64,000 nucleotides of DNA from Hydrolagus colliei (Eukaryota). Position numbers and translations under genes: made by a program. Where the stretch lies: NCBI GenBank assembly GCA_035084275.1, contig CM068756.1, forward strand, positions 14,570,001 to 14,634,000. Reading direction: 5' to 3'. Shown here piece by piece: positions 36,623 to 51,010 of this stretch; the stretch's first letter is position 1; each line of letters begins with the position of its first letter. A model generated the notes under the pieces. That model was not told the origin of the DNA and did not search any database. It was given only the letters and a program-made list of their open reading frames with translations.

Positions 36623-38566
36623 AAAAGGGAAAGTGGCAGAGTGGATCCACAACTGGCTGCGAGACAGAAAGCAGAGAGTTGTAGTGAGCGGCTGTTTTTC
36701 AGACTGGAGGGAAGTGAGCAGTGGTGTGCCACAGGGATCGGTTTTGGGACCATTGCTCTTTGTAATCTACATCAATGATCTGGACTTGGGTGTAGGGAGT
36801 ACAGTTTCCAAGTTTGCAGATGACACTAAGTTAGGGAGAATAGTAAATAGTGAGGAGGATAGTAGCCATCTGCAAGAGGATATAGACAAATTGGTAAAGT
36901 GGGCAGTCACTTGGCAGATGAAGTTTAATGCAGAGAAGTGTGAGGTGATGCATTTTGGGAGAAGAAATGAAGGGAGGCAATATAGGCTAGATAGTACAAT
37001 TTTAAATGGTGTGAAGGAACAGAGAGACCTGGGGATTTGTGTTAATGACTCGTTGAAGGTGGCAGGACAGGTAGACAAGGCTGTTAAGAAGGCATATGGG
37101 ATACTAGGCTTTATAAATAGGGGTATAGAGTACAAAAGTCAGGAAGTGCTGACTAACCTCTATAAAACTTTGGTGAGGCCTCAGCTGGAATACTGTGTTC
37201 AATTCTGGTCACCACACTACAGAAAGGATGTGAAGACATTGGAAAGGGTACAAAGAAGATTTACAAGGATGGTGCCAGGATTGAGGGACTTCAGCTATGA
37301 GGAGAGTCTAGATAAGCTAGGGTTATTCACTCTGGAGCAGAGAAGATTGAGGAGAGACCTAATAGAGGTTTATAAGATCATGAGGGGTTTCGACAGGGCA
37401 AATAGAGAAAAACTATTTCCACTCGTGGGCGAATCTGTGACTCGTGGTCACAGATTTAAAATAGTTTCAAGGCGAAGTAGAGGAGAGCTGAGGAGAAATT
37501 TGTTCACTCAGCGAGTTGTTCGAATCTGGAATGCATTGCCTGAAAAGGTGGTGGAGGCTGATTCGATAACAACTTTTAAAAGGGAATTAGATCTTTATTT
37601 AGGGAGAACAGGTCTATTAGGCTATGGGGAGCGGGCAGGGCAGTGGGATTGAATCGCTCTTTTCAAAGAGCCGGCACAGACTAGATTGGCCGAATGGCCT
37701 CCTTTTGTGCCATAAAATTCTATGAATCTATGAATCTGACCAAAATAATCATTACAGTTGGTGGATTGTATTGCAATGCTGTTAAAAAAAGTTAAGGACA
37801 GTTTGAAACAGATCTTATTGACACTTAAACAACCTAAACCTTCATTTGCCCCCATTAGCTAGATTAACAGCCACAAACTCCACTTAGCAAGGCTTGAAAT
37901 TTCTGTATGTCACCCAGCCATTCTCGACTTCAGTCTCACTATCCTCACTCTTTAGAACATCCATCCTATATCCATCCTATATCCATCCTTCTATTCGCTC
38001 CCTCTCTCGCCTCCTTCAAAGCATGTCTCAAGATGCTCCTTTTCAACCATGCTTTTGGTCAGCCTCCTATCCTCCCTGCCCTCCAACCCTCCTCAACACA
38101 ACTCACTGCACACCGGTCCAAATCCCTGACTGTTCAGTTCCTTGGGGCTTTCTCCCAAAATGAAAGGTACTATACAAATGTAATTTATTGTTGCTTGTTT
38201 TCTTTTATGGTATTAGAAACCATTATTATCATTCGGTGTTGGATGCACAATAAGCGCCAGCTTTTTAATCGGTATTTGTTTTTTTTACTTCTTTATGAAT
38301 TATAATAGAAATACTATAATTAGTATAATAATTAATATGCAACAATAATTGTAATATATTATAATAAATTTTATGAACTTGTTTAGTAACTAGTCAACTC
38401 TCTATGAGTCCAAATTTTCATTTTTAAAGTGATTTGTAATTCAAAGCTATATTGCTAACATAAATACAAAATCAAAGTATTGCAAGAGATATTAATTAGC
38501 TACCATCAGAATAGTTCGTTCCCCAATCAAGTCTTATATGATTCTGTTGCATTATATGTTCTACAG

Positions 38567-38884
38567 TTCTTCCAACTCCGCTACGGATAATCCATATAAT
38601 TTCCGAAAAATATTCATCTGCTTCGCTGCTTGTGTGTAAAACAGCCGTATTTTACCCCAGGGGTCTCATCTTTAATTGGTATAAGAATGGGACCACAATT
38701 TCAACTGGGATAAATACTACTGAACAACAGAATCCAGATGGCCTGTACGAAGCATCAAGTTCTGTCGAGTTGGCACAGAGTATCCAGAGAGGGACTGTTT
38801 ATACTTGCATGGTATCTCATCTCTATGGTATCAGCCTCCGGACTGAAGGAATTGCGAACTACACGATTTCTCTTCCTGACAGAG
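38567..38884 (+). CDS. Gene C, C1 exon
   Basis: 318 nt, tctacAG/GTAACA; LVCKTAVFYPRGLIFNWYKNG...DGLYEASSS...YTCMVSHL. Confidence 0.88.
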
Positions 38885-41800
38885 GTAACAATCCAACAAT
38901 CGTAACTTCAATTAATTTGAACTAAATTCTTACTTGGATATATAATGATTATAATCATTGCATTGGATGCAACGACTTATCATATCATTGAGAGGTCTCA
39001 AGTGCTTCATGGTGTACATTGCAAAGCAGATTAACTGAATTTTGTGGGCAAAACAAGGCAGCCAATTGTGCACAGCAGTGTCCCATAAACAGTCATGGAT
39101 TGAGCGACCGGGAATCAAAGCCAGGTCCTGTCGCTTGCCACTGAGCTTTAGGATTCACAAACTGGAAATTTAGAGGATCATGCACAAGAGATTTTGTTTG
39201 TTGGTTTTCATTAAGAAAAGTACAAATTGTAGTCATACTCCTGCTAAACTCAACTGATGAATAATGTTAGCAACACACCAGTGCACTGCTAAATGAGGTC
39301 TGCAGTCTGACAGTGCAATGATTGGGTTGAGACATTAAACCAAGGTTTGTCTGTTTAGAAGATCCCATTGGACTATTAGAGAAAAATAAGTTTCTCCCAA
39401 TGTCCTTTCCCCACATAGAAATTGGTCTGAACCTATAAATACGAGGCTGTGATGAGTCCTGTAGCTTAGTAATTGGATCACTCGCCTCACAAGCGAGAAG
39501 AGCTGGGTTCGATTCCCAGGTAGGGTGAAATGTTGGGTAAGTTTGCTTATTCCACAAGCCTTTGTTTATCAAGCAGTAAGTAGGAAGCTGTTTGATAGTT
39601 GATTCATGGATCAGTTTTCTGATTGTAAACAACGCTTAAAAAATAATACCTTCATTAAATTTATTGATTGTGGGACACTGCTGTGCACAAATGGTTGACC
39701 GGTTACAGCCATAAAATATACAGTCAATTTGGCTTTACAGTATATTTCATGAAGCATGATTGAGGCATCTAGAAGATGTGATGAGTTGCTACATCAAATG
39801 CAAGAATTAATACTTGTAAGAAAGTAAAAATTAATATTCCAATTTTATTGGAAAAAAATATTTTTACGCTCCATACCATTATTGAAATGACTTTTTTTGT
39901 TTTAATTACCTTGAGCTGAGTTTCAGAAATCTATGTACGTACACATGACAAGTGTTACAGTGTGACTACAATCATTTTAGATCAGTAAATCTGGGTACAT
40001 TGGGCTTTGAATAGCTTAACTGAGCAAGAAGAAAGAAGTTTCTTGAAGCAGGATTGTGATTTGTTGTGTTAATTGCTGATTGATTGTTTCTCCCACTCTC
40101 TGTAAATCCATCCTACAATCACTCTGCCTACCCCTCTCTTGCCTCCTTAAATACACAACCTAACATGCCCCACTTCGACTGTGCCTTTGATGAACCTCTA
40201 CCCCTGCTCCCCCCAACATGCCCTCCAATCCGCCGAATCCTTCGCTGAGCTTGCGTCCAAAATAACACCCAAAACAAAATCACATTGTTGAAAAAGGTTG
40301 ATCAAAAGCATGGTTGAATATGAGAGCCTTGATGTGAGACATGAAGAAGGCAAGGGATGGGTCGAGCTGGAGAAGCTGCGGGATGTGAGGTGGAGGGACT
40401 TTGAAATACTGTCAGTCCGGCATATTAGGACCATCAGGTGAGGTAAAATGCACCATATAAATGTAATTTTGTTGTTGTTGACGTATGGTCTGGCATTGTT
40501 AGGCTACATCAAAATAACATTAGTAATCCAGATTGCAAATCTACAGATCACCTTGATTTGAGTCAACCCAAAAATATCCAGCTTCCTCGGTAGGCTAATT
40601 AATTAGATATCAATCAGATCCATGAGGACTTGCGGACATGCACTCATGTAAAACCAGGGAACCATGACACAAAGTACAGCTAAGCTGCAATTTGACAGTT
40701 CGAGTCCTTAATTTTAGTTGCTTTGAGAGCAAGCACTATATGCTTCTCCCAGGCAGAACTCCAACTTCGTTGAAGTTGAATGTCCAAAATTTTCACTAAC
40801 ATCACAAGAGAAAAGAACAGAAAAGGACACTACAAGAGCACAGCTGCAAGAGATTCAACATTGGTTTGGTCACTGCTCCCAGACAAGAGAAGTTCACCTG
40901 CTGCCTTCAATTCTAATATTTTCACCAGATTCAAATCTGAGCATAACATCATTCTATTGCCTATTACGATCCCCCTTATTGAATCAACGCAAACACTTTT
41001 GCCATAGTAAGTAAAATAAGTAAATTAGCTAAAATAGAAGGGATGCTGGTTGCTCTGGTTCCTGCATTTATATTTTTATATTTTCTGGCTACACCGTTTT
41101 TGTTATGTTTCGATAGAGTGGTGAAATCCACTGCTGGCCGCAGCTTCAAACACAAGAACAATCTGAAATAATAAAATAACTATGTGCACGACGTGACCTA
41201 CATCAGTAAGATATATTGTTGCATCTTGTGGTTTAAATGCAAACTAAGATCAAGCAAGATATGTCTTTTAATGTGTTGCGCAATGAATAAAGCATTGATT
41301 AAATAGAAATGGTGTTGATTCCAAAATGTTTTAGCAATCGTTTTCAGCAAACTGAAAGTTTGTCATTCTTCTAAGTATCTCAGCATTAATAATTCAGCAA
41401 CTGTGTAAATTCAGAAGTACATTTAGTTTTCAGTTGTTACTACAGTACTTTAATGTTAATTCTATGGTATAAGATTTATATTCATCTTAATACTTACATA
41501 TGTTTCCGTTTAAAAGGAAATAATTAAGTTTTTAGATTAATTGCTGAATATATAATTACTGTATTTTTAAAATGTGCAATTAACGGACATTAAAAACTGT
41601 GATAACACTTGTGTTCTCACTAAGAAAATGATCCTCTTGTGACAGCCTGGTTTAGTTGGTAGCACTCTCAGCTCTGAGACAACAGGTTTAAGCCACACCA
41701 TCCACGCAGAGCTGACAGTGTACTGCATTGTTGGAGGTGCTATTTGCAGACCTTCAACCAGGAACCCTTCTCCATGTTGAGGTGGTCGATATGGATCCCA

Positions 41801-42495
41801 TGGTATGCAAAGTACTGGAAAATAGAAGCGAATTTCTCCAAGCGTCACAGGCACCCAAAACAAAATAAACAGACAAAATAAAACTGGTCATTCCTTTCAT
41901 GTTGGTTTGTGACAATAACAATCCTTGTATTCATGGGACATGGATGTGTGTTATTGGCCTGCTGCATCTGCAATTACACAGTCACTTCATTTCATAGTAA
42001 ACTTCATGGAATGTGAAACACTTTGAGATGTTCCACGGATGTATAATAATAATAATACTAATAATCCTTGCATTTGATAAAGTGCTTTTCACATCTTCTA
42101 GACATCTCAAAGCACTTCACAGAATATACTGTACTGTGAAGTCAATTGACTGTGTGTATTTTGTGGCCGAAACGTGGCAGCCAATTGTGCACAGCAGTGT
42201 CTCACAAACAGTGATGGATTGAAGTGATTGATTTTTTTTTGGTGAGGGATTATTATTAGGCATGTAGAGTAAGGAAACTTGCCCAAGGTTTCACACTGTC
42301 TGGAATCAAGTCAGGTCTCTGGGTTGTGAGGCAAGTGCTCTAACTGCCGAGCTACAAAATAAAACATGCAGACTTCACAACACAATGGAAGGCGTTCAGG
42401 CAGCTCCTCACTCTATCTATTAAATATGGCCTGTGTTTCAGTTCAATGACTCTAGATGCAAAGTACAGCCTCATGCCTCTGTCCTTACTTCACAG

Positions 42496-42608
42496 AATTT
42501 GGCTACGATTCGCATTATGTGAACAGACTACGGTTCGCAACATGCGTGTTTGCTATAGTGTTTTTGGTGATCATCACTGTGGACCATTTCAGAATTTTGC
42601 CTCTTTGA
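42496..42608 (+). CDS. Gene C, TM exon with stop
   Basis: ttcacAG, phase 1: EFGYDSHYVNRLRFATCVFAIVFLVIITVDHFRILPL*; TGA AG|GTAAGG. Completes a 266-aa ORF. Confidence 0.82.
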
Positions 42609-43516
42609 AGGTAAGGAATTCCTTTCTTTTTAGCCACTTTTGCTTTGAATTGTATGTATTTCCAGTTCCTATAATAACAACAACAACAGAATGTACTTGC
42701 ATAGCGCCCTCTACATAGGGTAGCGTCTCACAGAAATTATCATTGGCGGAGCCTGACTCTGGACGCGGTGGTTAGTGGGTGTGGGTGGCTTGGCCATTAG
42801 CGTGGTCAATGGGAAACGTTTTCAGGTGGGATGTGAAAAAGGGGAGAGAGGGGGCAATGTGGAGGTAAAGTACAGAGAGAGAGGTGGGGAGAGTATTCCA
42901 GAGTTTCAGGGCTAAATTAACACCCAGAATGAGATTTTTTTGATGAAACCTGGTGTTTAACACACAGAAACTCATCACCATAATTCACACTATCCAAACT
43001 AGACGAAGCCTTCCACATAGGCAATCTACTCAGATATAGTGATTTCCTCATGTCTGGAATCAAGTGCACACTCTCCGACATGATGAATTTTCTTAACCTA
43101 ATTCTGCAGGTATCCCATTTTCTGTTTTAATTAAATTTTGGGGAGTTTAATTTTGGCTAAGCGACAATTTAAGTGATGGAATTATACAATGACTTTGCTA
43201 ATAGGTCACAAATGAAGGCATGTTTTCTCTATTGCAACGATTCTGTCATTTTACTAGAGTATTTGTTTTCGAGGTTGATAATTTGGTGCCAGTGGACTGG
43301 GAGAGTAATAATGTACTGCACTATTAGTTATGAATTAAAAACCAAAAAAAGTGTCCCAACCTATTTGAATTACGAAATTAATTACAAAAATGACCTTCTG
43401 TGTTCAAAAACACTTGATGTCGTACAAATTGTGTTATTTCCTTAAATGGATAACCTAACAGGTCAGCTGCTCTGAAAATATAAGCCTATTAATCACTTTG
43501 CTTTTCTGTCCCACAG

Positions 43517-44330
43517 GGATTATAGACCGAATAGAGTGGAATAGAGCATGAATGGGACTAAGTATTGTATGATGAGAATGGTTATTATGCTGCAGTTTAT
43601 CTCCAAACAAATGTGTCATGTTTCACATATGGATAGATAAATATTGTACCCATGATAACTTCACCTGTACATGTAAGTTAACAACCGTTGAATAAGTTAC
43701 ACCTGATGGATTTGTCAAATGTGAACAATAATATGTACCAATACAGCTTTACAAACATTGCAGAATTTTCTATTAGCACGAGTTGAATTTACATTGCATG
43801 TTTACACTTTTAAGTAGTCTCTGCAAATTTCTGTTTAGCTTGCGTAATCTAATATAGATCTTAAAGAGGCTTTAAAGATCCTCGTCCTGACTTTCAAGGC
43901 TATTCACGGCCTTGCCCCGGCTTATCTCTCTGACCTGCTGTCTTCCTATCAGCCTGCCTGCACCAGGCTGCAGATTCAGCAGTTCAGCAGACTCAGGCCT
44001 GCTCCGCGTCCACCGCCCTAACTGCCCAACCATCAGCGGCCGAGCTTTCAGCCTTTCTGCTCCCACACTGTGGAACTCCATCCCACAGTCCCTTCGCCTT
44101 GCTTCCTCCCTTTCCTCCTTCAAGCCTGGTCTCAAGACCTTCCTCTTTGACCATGCCTTCGGCTGCCCCACTAACTCTTTCCCCTCTCCTTCCCCCTACC
44201 CCAACCCTCCCCCCCCAGCTCAGGTCTCAACCTGACTGTTCAGTGTTTTGGGACGTCCTCCCGACGTGAAAGGTGCTGTATAAGTTTGTTGTTGTTGTTT
44301 GATTAAATTTCTTCAATTGCATTTAATAAA
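43517..44330 (+). other. Gene C, putative terminal exon / 3' UTR (contains an L2 3' fragment at about 43875-44298)
   Basis: Conserved acceptor; highly similar to the B 3' UTR; AATAAA at 44325-44330; the L2 tail is inserted relative to B. Confidence 0.5.
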
Positions 44331-45699
44331 ATATTGTGATCTTGACATGTATGAATCTTCTTAGAAAACTTAGGATTTCATATGAAATATAGTCATGAGC
44401 AGACTCTTTTATGACAATTCCATTGCATAACCAAAAAGAACTAATGCATGGTTGCCAACAGCAGATTACATCTATAGGGAAAACTTACGACAATGGATAG
44501 CCCACTAAGAGACTGGAATAAGAGCATTTTCCCAGGAAAATACACAATCACCACTGTCTATTATATAAAGCCATGTGCGACCTTGCTCTAACTTGAAAGA
44601 CATTGCATAAAATTTACATTTAGATAGCGCTTCCCTCATCGGCAGGATGCCTCACAGCGTTTCTCGGTGTTGGTTGAGGACTGGTGGCATGGTGACAGTC
44701 CAGAGGTTCTAGAAGAGGAAAGTTCTGGGTGACAGTCGAGAGTGGCAATGAGGGAGAAACTTGACCCAAAGCGTGGGAAGGAGGAATATTTTAATTGAAA
44801 CAATGGTACTTAGATCGCTGCATTTTTTTCGGCAGCGAAGTCAGGACAGCGGGTTGGGGGGGTTTGGGGGGGAGCTGAGGCACAGTATAAAGCCGAGGCC
44901 AGGTCAGTCGGGGAATCGCAGATTGTCAAAATGTGACGTCGTCTACTCTCACTCTGTCCTTCTCTTCCCCCTCCCCCACCCTCTCCATCACCACTTCCCT
45001 CTATCCCAATCTGGGGATTCTCCGTCAGGTCCATTTTGCATGATAATAAATTGACAGAGCCAGCAGAGGGAATTCAAGTGATACTTGGATTATTTAGGGA
45101 TTAGGTTAATTGGTTACATCTCACTTTCAACAGTATCTGAATCCTGGCATGTCTCCCTCCACCCTGGCTTGTTAAATGCTAGGATAGAATTCTCTATTGG
45201 TTTCAGAACCTCACACCAATGTATCTTTGCACTACTCGCTTCCCCAGAAACCATGTCATCCAGATTGTGTGCAATCATTAATGACTATACACATCTCTGA
45301 CAGTCTTCAAACCAATTTATTTTCAGTAACCACAAGACTTAAGATGGCATATACAGCAACGACAAAGTTTGATGCACATTAGTTATGATACAGCATACAT
45401 TCAGCCATGATAAATAATTATATAGTAATAATATGATTAACCAAAAGCAAGATACATTCAGCACAATTTATCTGGGTATTCTTTGCCTGCATGTTCCCGG
45501 AATGATTTTCTTCAGTCCTTTGTAGATAGTTCCTGCTTACATAGAGAAGTAATCTTTCGTATTCCAGCATCACTCCGCCATCAGTGTATTAGGCTCCCTT
45601 CGTCAATGAAGTGACCTACTTTATGTATCCTCTCCACCCCATCATTGGCACCCAAGCTTAAAGCCAGTCTCCCTCAATCTCTGGAAATTGAGACACACA

Positions 45700-47290
45700 A
45701 TCCCTGACACACAATGACTCTCAGCAGCCACACCTCAATCAGCCCTGGCACACACTGACTCGGAAACTGCACTGACACAGCGCTGTCAGCCACTGACTCT
45801 GTGCAGCTACACTGAACCAGTATTGTCAGACACTAATTGTGCAGCCAAACTAAACCAGCCCTGGTACACACTCATCGCAATAGCTACAGTGAACCAGCCC
45901 TGGCAAACAGGGCTGGATTCTCAGCAACAACATGGCAGACAATCTTGATGCGAAGACACTGAATTAGCCCCGACACACTGACTCTCCAACTGCACTGAAC
46001 CAGCCCTGGCAGATCCTGACTCTCTTCAGCTCCTCTGAACCAGCGCTGTCAGACACTGATTCTGGGCAACTAAAGTGAAACAGGCCTGACCAGACACTAA
46101 TTCTGCAGCTAAACTGAACTAGACCTGATGCACACTCCTCTCAGCAGCCTCACTAAACCAGCCCTGAAAACACTGACAGCACCTACACTGAACAACACCC
46201 AACAGACATAATTGTGCAAGTGCACTAGCAAAGCCCAGGCACACACTGACTCTCAACAATGTACTGAACCAGCCTTGGCAGATACTGATTATGTAGCTAC
46301 AGGGGGCACTCGATAGTCCGAAGGTTCGATAGTCCAAACGTTCAATAGTCCGAACACACAAATTTCCTATACCCGGTGCGGTTACCGAGGTTACCGCTCG
46401 ATAGTCCGAAAATAAGGTTTGTTAATCCGAACATTTCCATCCTTAGGGTTAGGTTTAGGGTTAGAGTTAGCATTATGGTTAGGGTTAGGGGAAGCTTCGG
46501 ACTACGAATCTTCAGACTAATGAACTTTATGGACTAACGAATCTTCGGACTAACGAATCTTCGGACTAACGAGCTGTAACCGTAGCTACACTGAGCCAGT
46601 CCTGTCAGACACTGACTCTTGGCTGAAGCACATAACCAGCTCTGGCAGAATCCAAATCATAATTTTCATGAACAAGCACTGGCACATGACTGACTCATAT
46701 CAACACTAAACCAGTCTGGTGGAAACTGAAGCAGCCCCTAAAGTACATTGATCCTCAGCAACTACACTGAAACAGTCATGGCAAATACCACTGACAACAA
46801 TAAAACCTCTCTGGCACACACTCATCTTGGCAGCTAAGCTAAACTACCCCTGGCACACACTGACTCTCCAACTGCACTGAACCAGCCCTGGCAGATCCTG
46901 ACTCTCTTCAGCTCCCCTGACCCAGCACTGTCAGACACTGACTCCGGGCAACTAAAGTGAAACAGGCCTGAGCAGACACTAATTCTGCAGCTAAACTAAA
47001 CTAGCCTTGACGCACACTCCTCTCAGCAGCCACACTAAACCAGCCCTGGAAAACACTGACAGCACCTACACTGAACAGACAATGATTGTGCTAACACACA
47101 AGCGAAGCCCAGACACACTGCACTGGTAGATCCTGACTCTCTTCAGCTACTCTGAACCGGTGCTGTCAGACACTGACTCTGGGCAGCTGAATGGAATCAG
47201 GCCTGACAGACAGATTGTGCAGCTACACTGACTCTTGACAGCTACATTAAACCACCCACAGAGACACTAACTCTCAGCATCTGCACTCAG
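45700..47290 (+). repeat. Satellite A (about 40-bp unit), first array
   Basis: Unit ctacactgaaccagcgctgacagacactgactctgggcag; internal duplication, about 45960-46260 repeated at about 46850-47100. Confidence 0.85.
46300..46582. mobile_element. MITE with internal TTAGGG-like repeats inserted in satellite A
   Basis: Imperfect TIRs (CTCGATAGTCCGAAG / rc CTCGTTAGTCCGAAG), repeated tcggactaacga motifs, flanked by duplicated tagcta. Confidence 0.75.
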
Positions 47291-48199
47291 GGATGTTGAC
47301 GATCTTTTATCCTGTTTCTTCTCATCTTAAAAGTCAACTTCATACAGTGTTATACCTCGATGTGCCCTCTGATCTATCAGCAAACCTGCCTCCACCCCTT
47401 GTAACTCCATTGTGGAGTCCTGTAGGGTAGTGGTTAAAGAGTGGTTAAAGAGGTTTGGTTGCCAGATAGTGCAAACGGGCAAATTTCCTTACTTCACACG
47501 CATCTGTTTACGTAGCAGTCCCAATAAAGCAGTAGAATCCTGGATGTTAGTTGATTGGTGGTGATAATCCCTTCAGATGGTAATAATCACTTCAAAGAAA
47601 AAGAAAATAGATTATGTTAAAAAATATAATAAGTTTGGTAACCTCAATTCACGACTATTTGTGAGATAGAGCCGTGCACTCTACTGTTTGTGACTGTTTG
47701 TGAGGTAGAGGCTGCCGCGTTTCACCCACACAATCCAGTCAATTCACTGTACAGTGTATTCTGTGAAGCGCTTTGAGACGTCTCAAAGATCTGATGAGGC
47801 ACTACAACAAATGCAAGGATTTTTATTATTATTATTCAGTCATGTGCATATTATTCCAAATGTGCAACTCCATCCCAGAGTCCCTCCGACTCCCTCCCTC
47901 CCCACGTCTCAAAGCCGGGTTTTCTGTCGTCTTTCCGACAACTGACACCCAGGCTGCTCCCATCCTTCAGTGAACACTGTCCGACCTCGATGTCCCCTCA
48001 ATGTACTCACCTCACTATTGGCAGTTGAGCTTCCTGGCATTCTGTCCGTGTGTTTTGCAACTCCATTTAATCCGACTCCGGAACAGCATCTCTGGGTCCC
48101 TCTGAAATCCATCCTCCGGTATCTCAGTGTCTCGCTGAGTATCCGTTCAGGTAGCCCTTCCCTTCTGGTACTCCATTCCGGTATTCCTCCGACTGTAAC

Positions 48200-49920
48200 T
48201 AATTCCAGGATGATATCCATCCAAACAAGCAGCTACGTCCCCGAGTTGGGTCCCAGTGCAGAACTACAGCCCGGAGTCCCTTCCCACAACATAACTGCAT
48301 CCCGGAGATACTTTGGGCATTACAACTCTATCCTGGAGTTCCCTCCAACTGCAAACTCCATCCTGAAATCTATTCTAACAATCAGAATCCATCCCGGAGT
48401 CCTCTCCCACTTGGAAACTCCATCCCAGAGTCCCTTCCCTCAACTTAACTCCATCCCAGAGGCCCTTCCAACAATCAACCTCCATCCCAGAGTCCTTTCC
48501 CACTGCGCAAATGCATCCCAAAGTACCTTCCCTCAACTTATCTCCATCCCGGAGTCCTTTATAACAATCAAACTCCATTCCGGAGTCCACTCACACTGCA
48601 AAACTCCATCACTAAGCCCATTCTCACCGTGCTACTCCATCCCAGAGTCACTTCCCTCAAATTAACTCCATCCCAGAGTCGCTTCTTATAATCAAACTCC
48701 ATCCCGGAGTCTACTCTAACAAACAAACTCCATCCCAGAGTCCTCTCCCACTGAACACTCCATCCGGAGTCTACTCTAACAAACAAAGTCCATCCCGGAG
48801 TCGCTTCTTACAATCAAACTCCATCCCGGAGTAGTCTCCCACTGAAAACTCTCCAGGATTCCTGTCCCACTGCGCATCTCCATCCCAGAGTCCTTTCCCT
48901 CAAATTAACTCCATCTCGGAATCCCTTCTAACAATAAAACTCCATCCCAGAGTTTATTCTAACAATCTCCATCCCGGAGTGCTTTCCCACTGCGCAATTG
49001 CATCCTGGAGTACTTTCCCTCAACTCACCTCCATCCCAGAGTCCTTTTTAACAATCAAACTCCATCCCGGAGTCTTCTCCGACTGTGCAACTCCATCCCA
49101 GAGTCCCTTCTCTCGAATCAACTCCATCCCAGAGTCCCTTCTCTCAACTCAACTCCATCCGAGTCCCTTCTCTCAACTTAACTCCATCCCAGAGTCCCTT
49201 CTCTCAACTTAACTCCATCCCAGAGTCCCTTCTCTCAACTTAACTCCATCCCAGAGTCCCTTCCCCTTGCAGATGCCATCCCGGAGTCCTTTCCCACTGC
49301 AAACTCCATCTAAGAGTCCCTTCTCTTAACTTAACTCCATCTCGGAGTTCCTTCTAACAATCAAAATCCCAGAGTCCCTCCTGACTGTGTAACTCCACCC
49401 CGGAGTTCTTTCCCACTGCACAACTCCATCACAGAGTCCATTCCCATCATGCAACTCCATCCCAGAGTCCCTTCCCTCAAATTAACTCCATCCCAGAGTC
49501 CCTTCTAACAATCAAAGTCCATCCCGGAGTCTAACAATCAAACTCTATCCCCGAGTCTATTCTAACAAACAAACTCCATCCCGGAGTATTCTCCCACTGA
49601 AAACTCCAGACCGGAGTCCTCTCCCACTAACAAACAAAGTCCATGCCAGAGTCGCTTCTTACAATTAAACTCCATCCCGGAGTAGTCTCCCACTGAAAGC
49701 TCCATCCAGGATTCCTGTGCCACTGCACATCTCCATCCCAGAGTCCCTTCCCTCAACTTAATTCCATCCGAGACCCTTCTAACAATAAAACTCCATCCCG
49801 GAGACCTTTATAACAATCAAACTCCATCCCGGACTCCTTTCCCACTGCGCAACTCCATCACGGAGTCCATTCAGACTCTGCAACTCCATCTCAGAGTCCC
49901 TTCCCTCAACTTAACTCCAA
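48200..49920 (+). repeat. Satellite B (about 31-bp unit)
   Basis: Unit aactccatcccagagtcccttctctcaactt, with perfect 31-bp copies near 49170-49260; a higher-order repeat at about 48700-48990 recurs at about 49540-49830; a short second array at 51570-51652. Confidence 0.9.
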
Positions 49921-49959
49921 TTTATGGCCTACTCCTGTTCCTAATTCTTAGTTCTATTA

Positions 49960-51010
49960 TCAACCCAGGCAGAAACTGATTTTCTGCAGCTTCACTGAAC
50001 CAGTGCTGACAGATACTGATTGTGCAGCCAAACTGACCTAGCCTTGGAACACACTGATACAATATCAAAACTAAACCTGCGCTTGCAGAATCTGAACCAG
50101 CCCTGAAGTACCTGTACTCTGACTCTCAGCATCTACACTGAACCAATGCTGACAGACACTGATTTGTGCAAGATACTGTACACTGAACTACTTCTAGCAG
50201 TCAACAACAGCAAATACACTGAACAAACCATGGTGCACAATGATTGAGCAAGAATTCTAGGCATAGTCATCTCAGAAGCTAGACAAAATCACCACTGGCA
50301 CACACTCCTGCCCTGTCATACATTAACTCTGGGAAGCTACATTGAACCAGGCCTGGCAAACATGACTTATTCATCCGAACTGAACCAGCGTTGACACTCA
50401 CTGATCTCAGCAGCTACACTGAACCAGCTCTGTCAGACAATGATTCTGGGCAGCTACACTGAACCAGCGCTGAGACACTGATTTGGGGCAGCTACACTGA
50501 ATCAGGCATAATAGACATCTAGACTGAACCAACCCTGGGAAACAATGATTGTGGAAGCACACTGTACCAGCCCTAGCACACACTAAACCAGCTGTGCAGA
50601 CACCAATTCTCTGGAGCTACACTGAACCAGCGCTGACAGACACTGACTCTGGGCAGCTACACTGAACCAGCGCTGGCACAAACACAACACGGCAGCTACA
50701 CTAAACCTTACTCAGCACACTGACTTTCTGAAGCTACACTGAACTAACCCTGGCACACACTGATTCTGGGCAGCTACACTGAACCAGCGCTGACAGACAC
50801 TGACTCAGAGCACCTACACAGTACCAATGCTGACAGACTCTATTCGTGAAGCAAAACTAGCTCAGGGGCGCGCTGACTCAGGACTGGCCGACACTGACTT
50901 TCAGCAACAACATTGCCCTGACAGACACAATTACGCAGCTGCACTGACTCTTGACAACTACATTAAACCACCTACAGGAGACACTAACTCTCAGCAACTG
51001 TACTAAAACA
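49960..51010 (+). repeat. Satellite A, second array
   Basis: Same 40-bp unit; its end (about 50935-51080) matches about 47230-47350. Confidence 0.85.

Larger units (their letters stand above)
34770..37737 (+). mobile_element. CR1 LINE RT region interrupted by an LTR-element piece
   Basis: AFDKVPHERLISKLKAHGI (34770-34833) continues as KGKVAEWIHNWL...KFADDTKL...ERAGQWD* (36623-37652); tail (ctatgaat)n at about 37718-37737. Confidence 0.9.

Noticed and set aside
45207-45382. Possible cytoplasmic exon with VSLHYSL downstream of gene C
   Set aside because: LHYSLP lacks L/V at Y+3, so it is not an ITIM; gene C already stops in its TM exon, and this lies beyond the poly-A signal.
46443-46490. Interstitial telomere or chromosome-fusion scar
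   Set aside because: Short, degenerate and enclosed within the TIRs of a MITE.
47970-48665. 231-aa ORF
   Set aside because: Runs through satellite B units, with no domain signature.
48200-49920. CRISPR-like constant repeat plus variable spacer
   Set aside because: Vertebrate context with no cas genes, and the variable parts are related and recur in higher-order repeats; this is a satellite.
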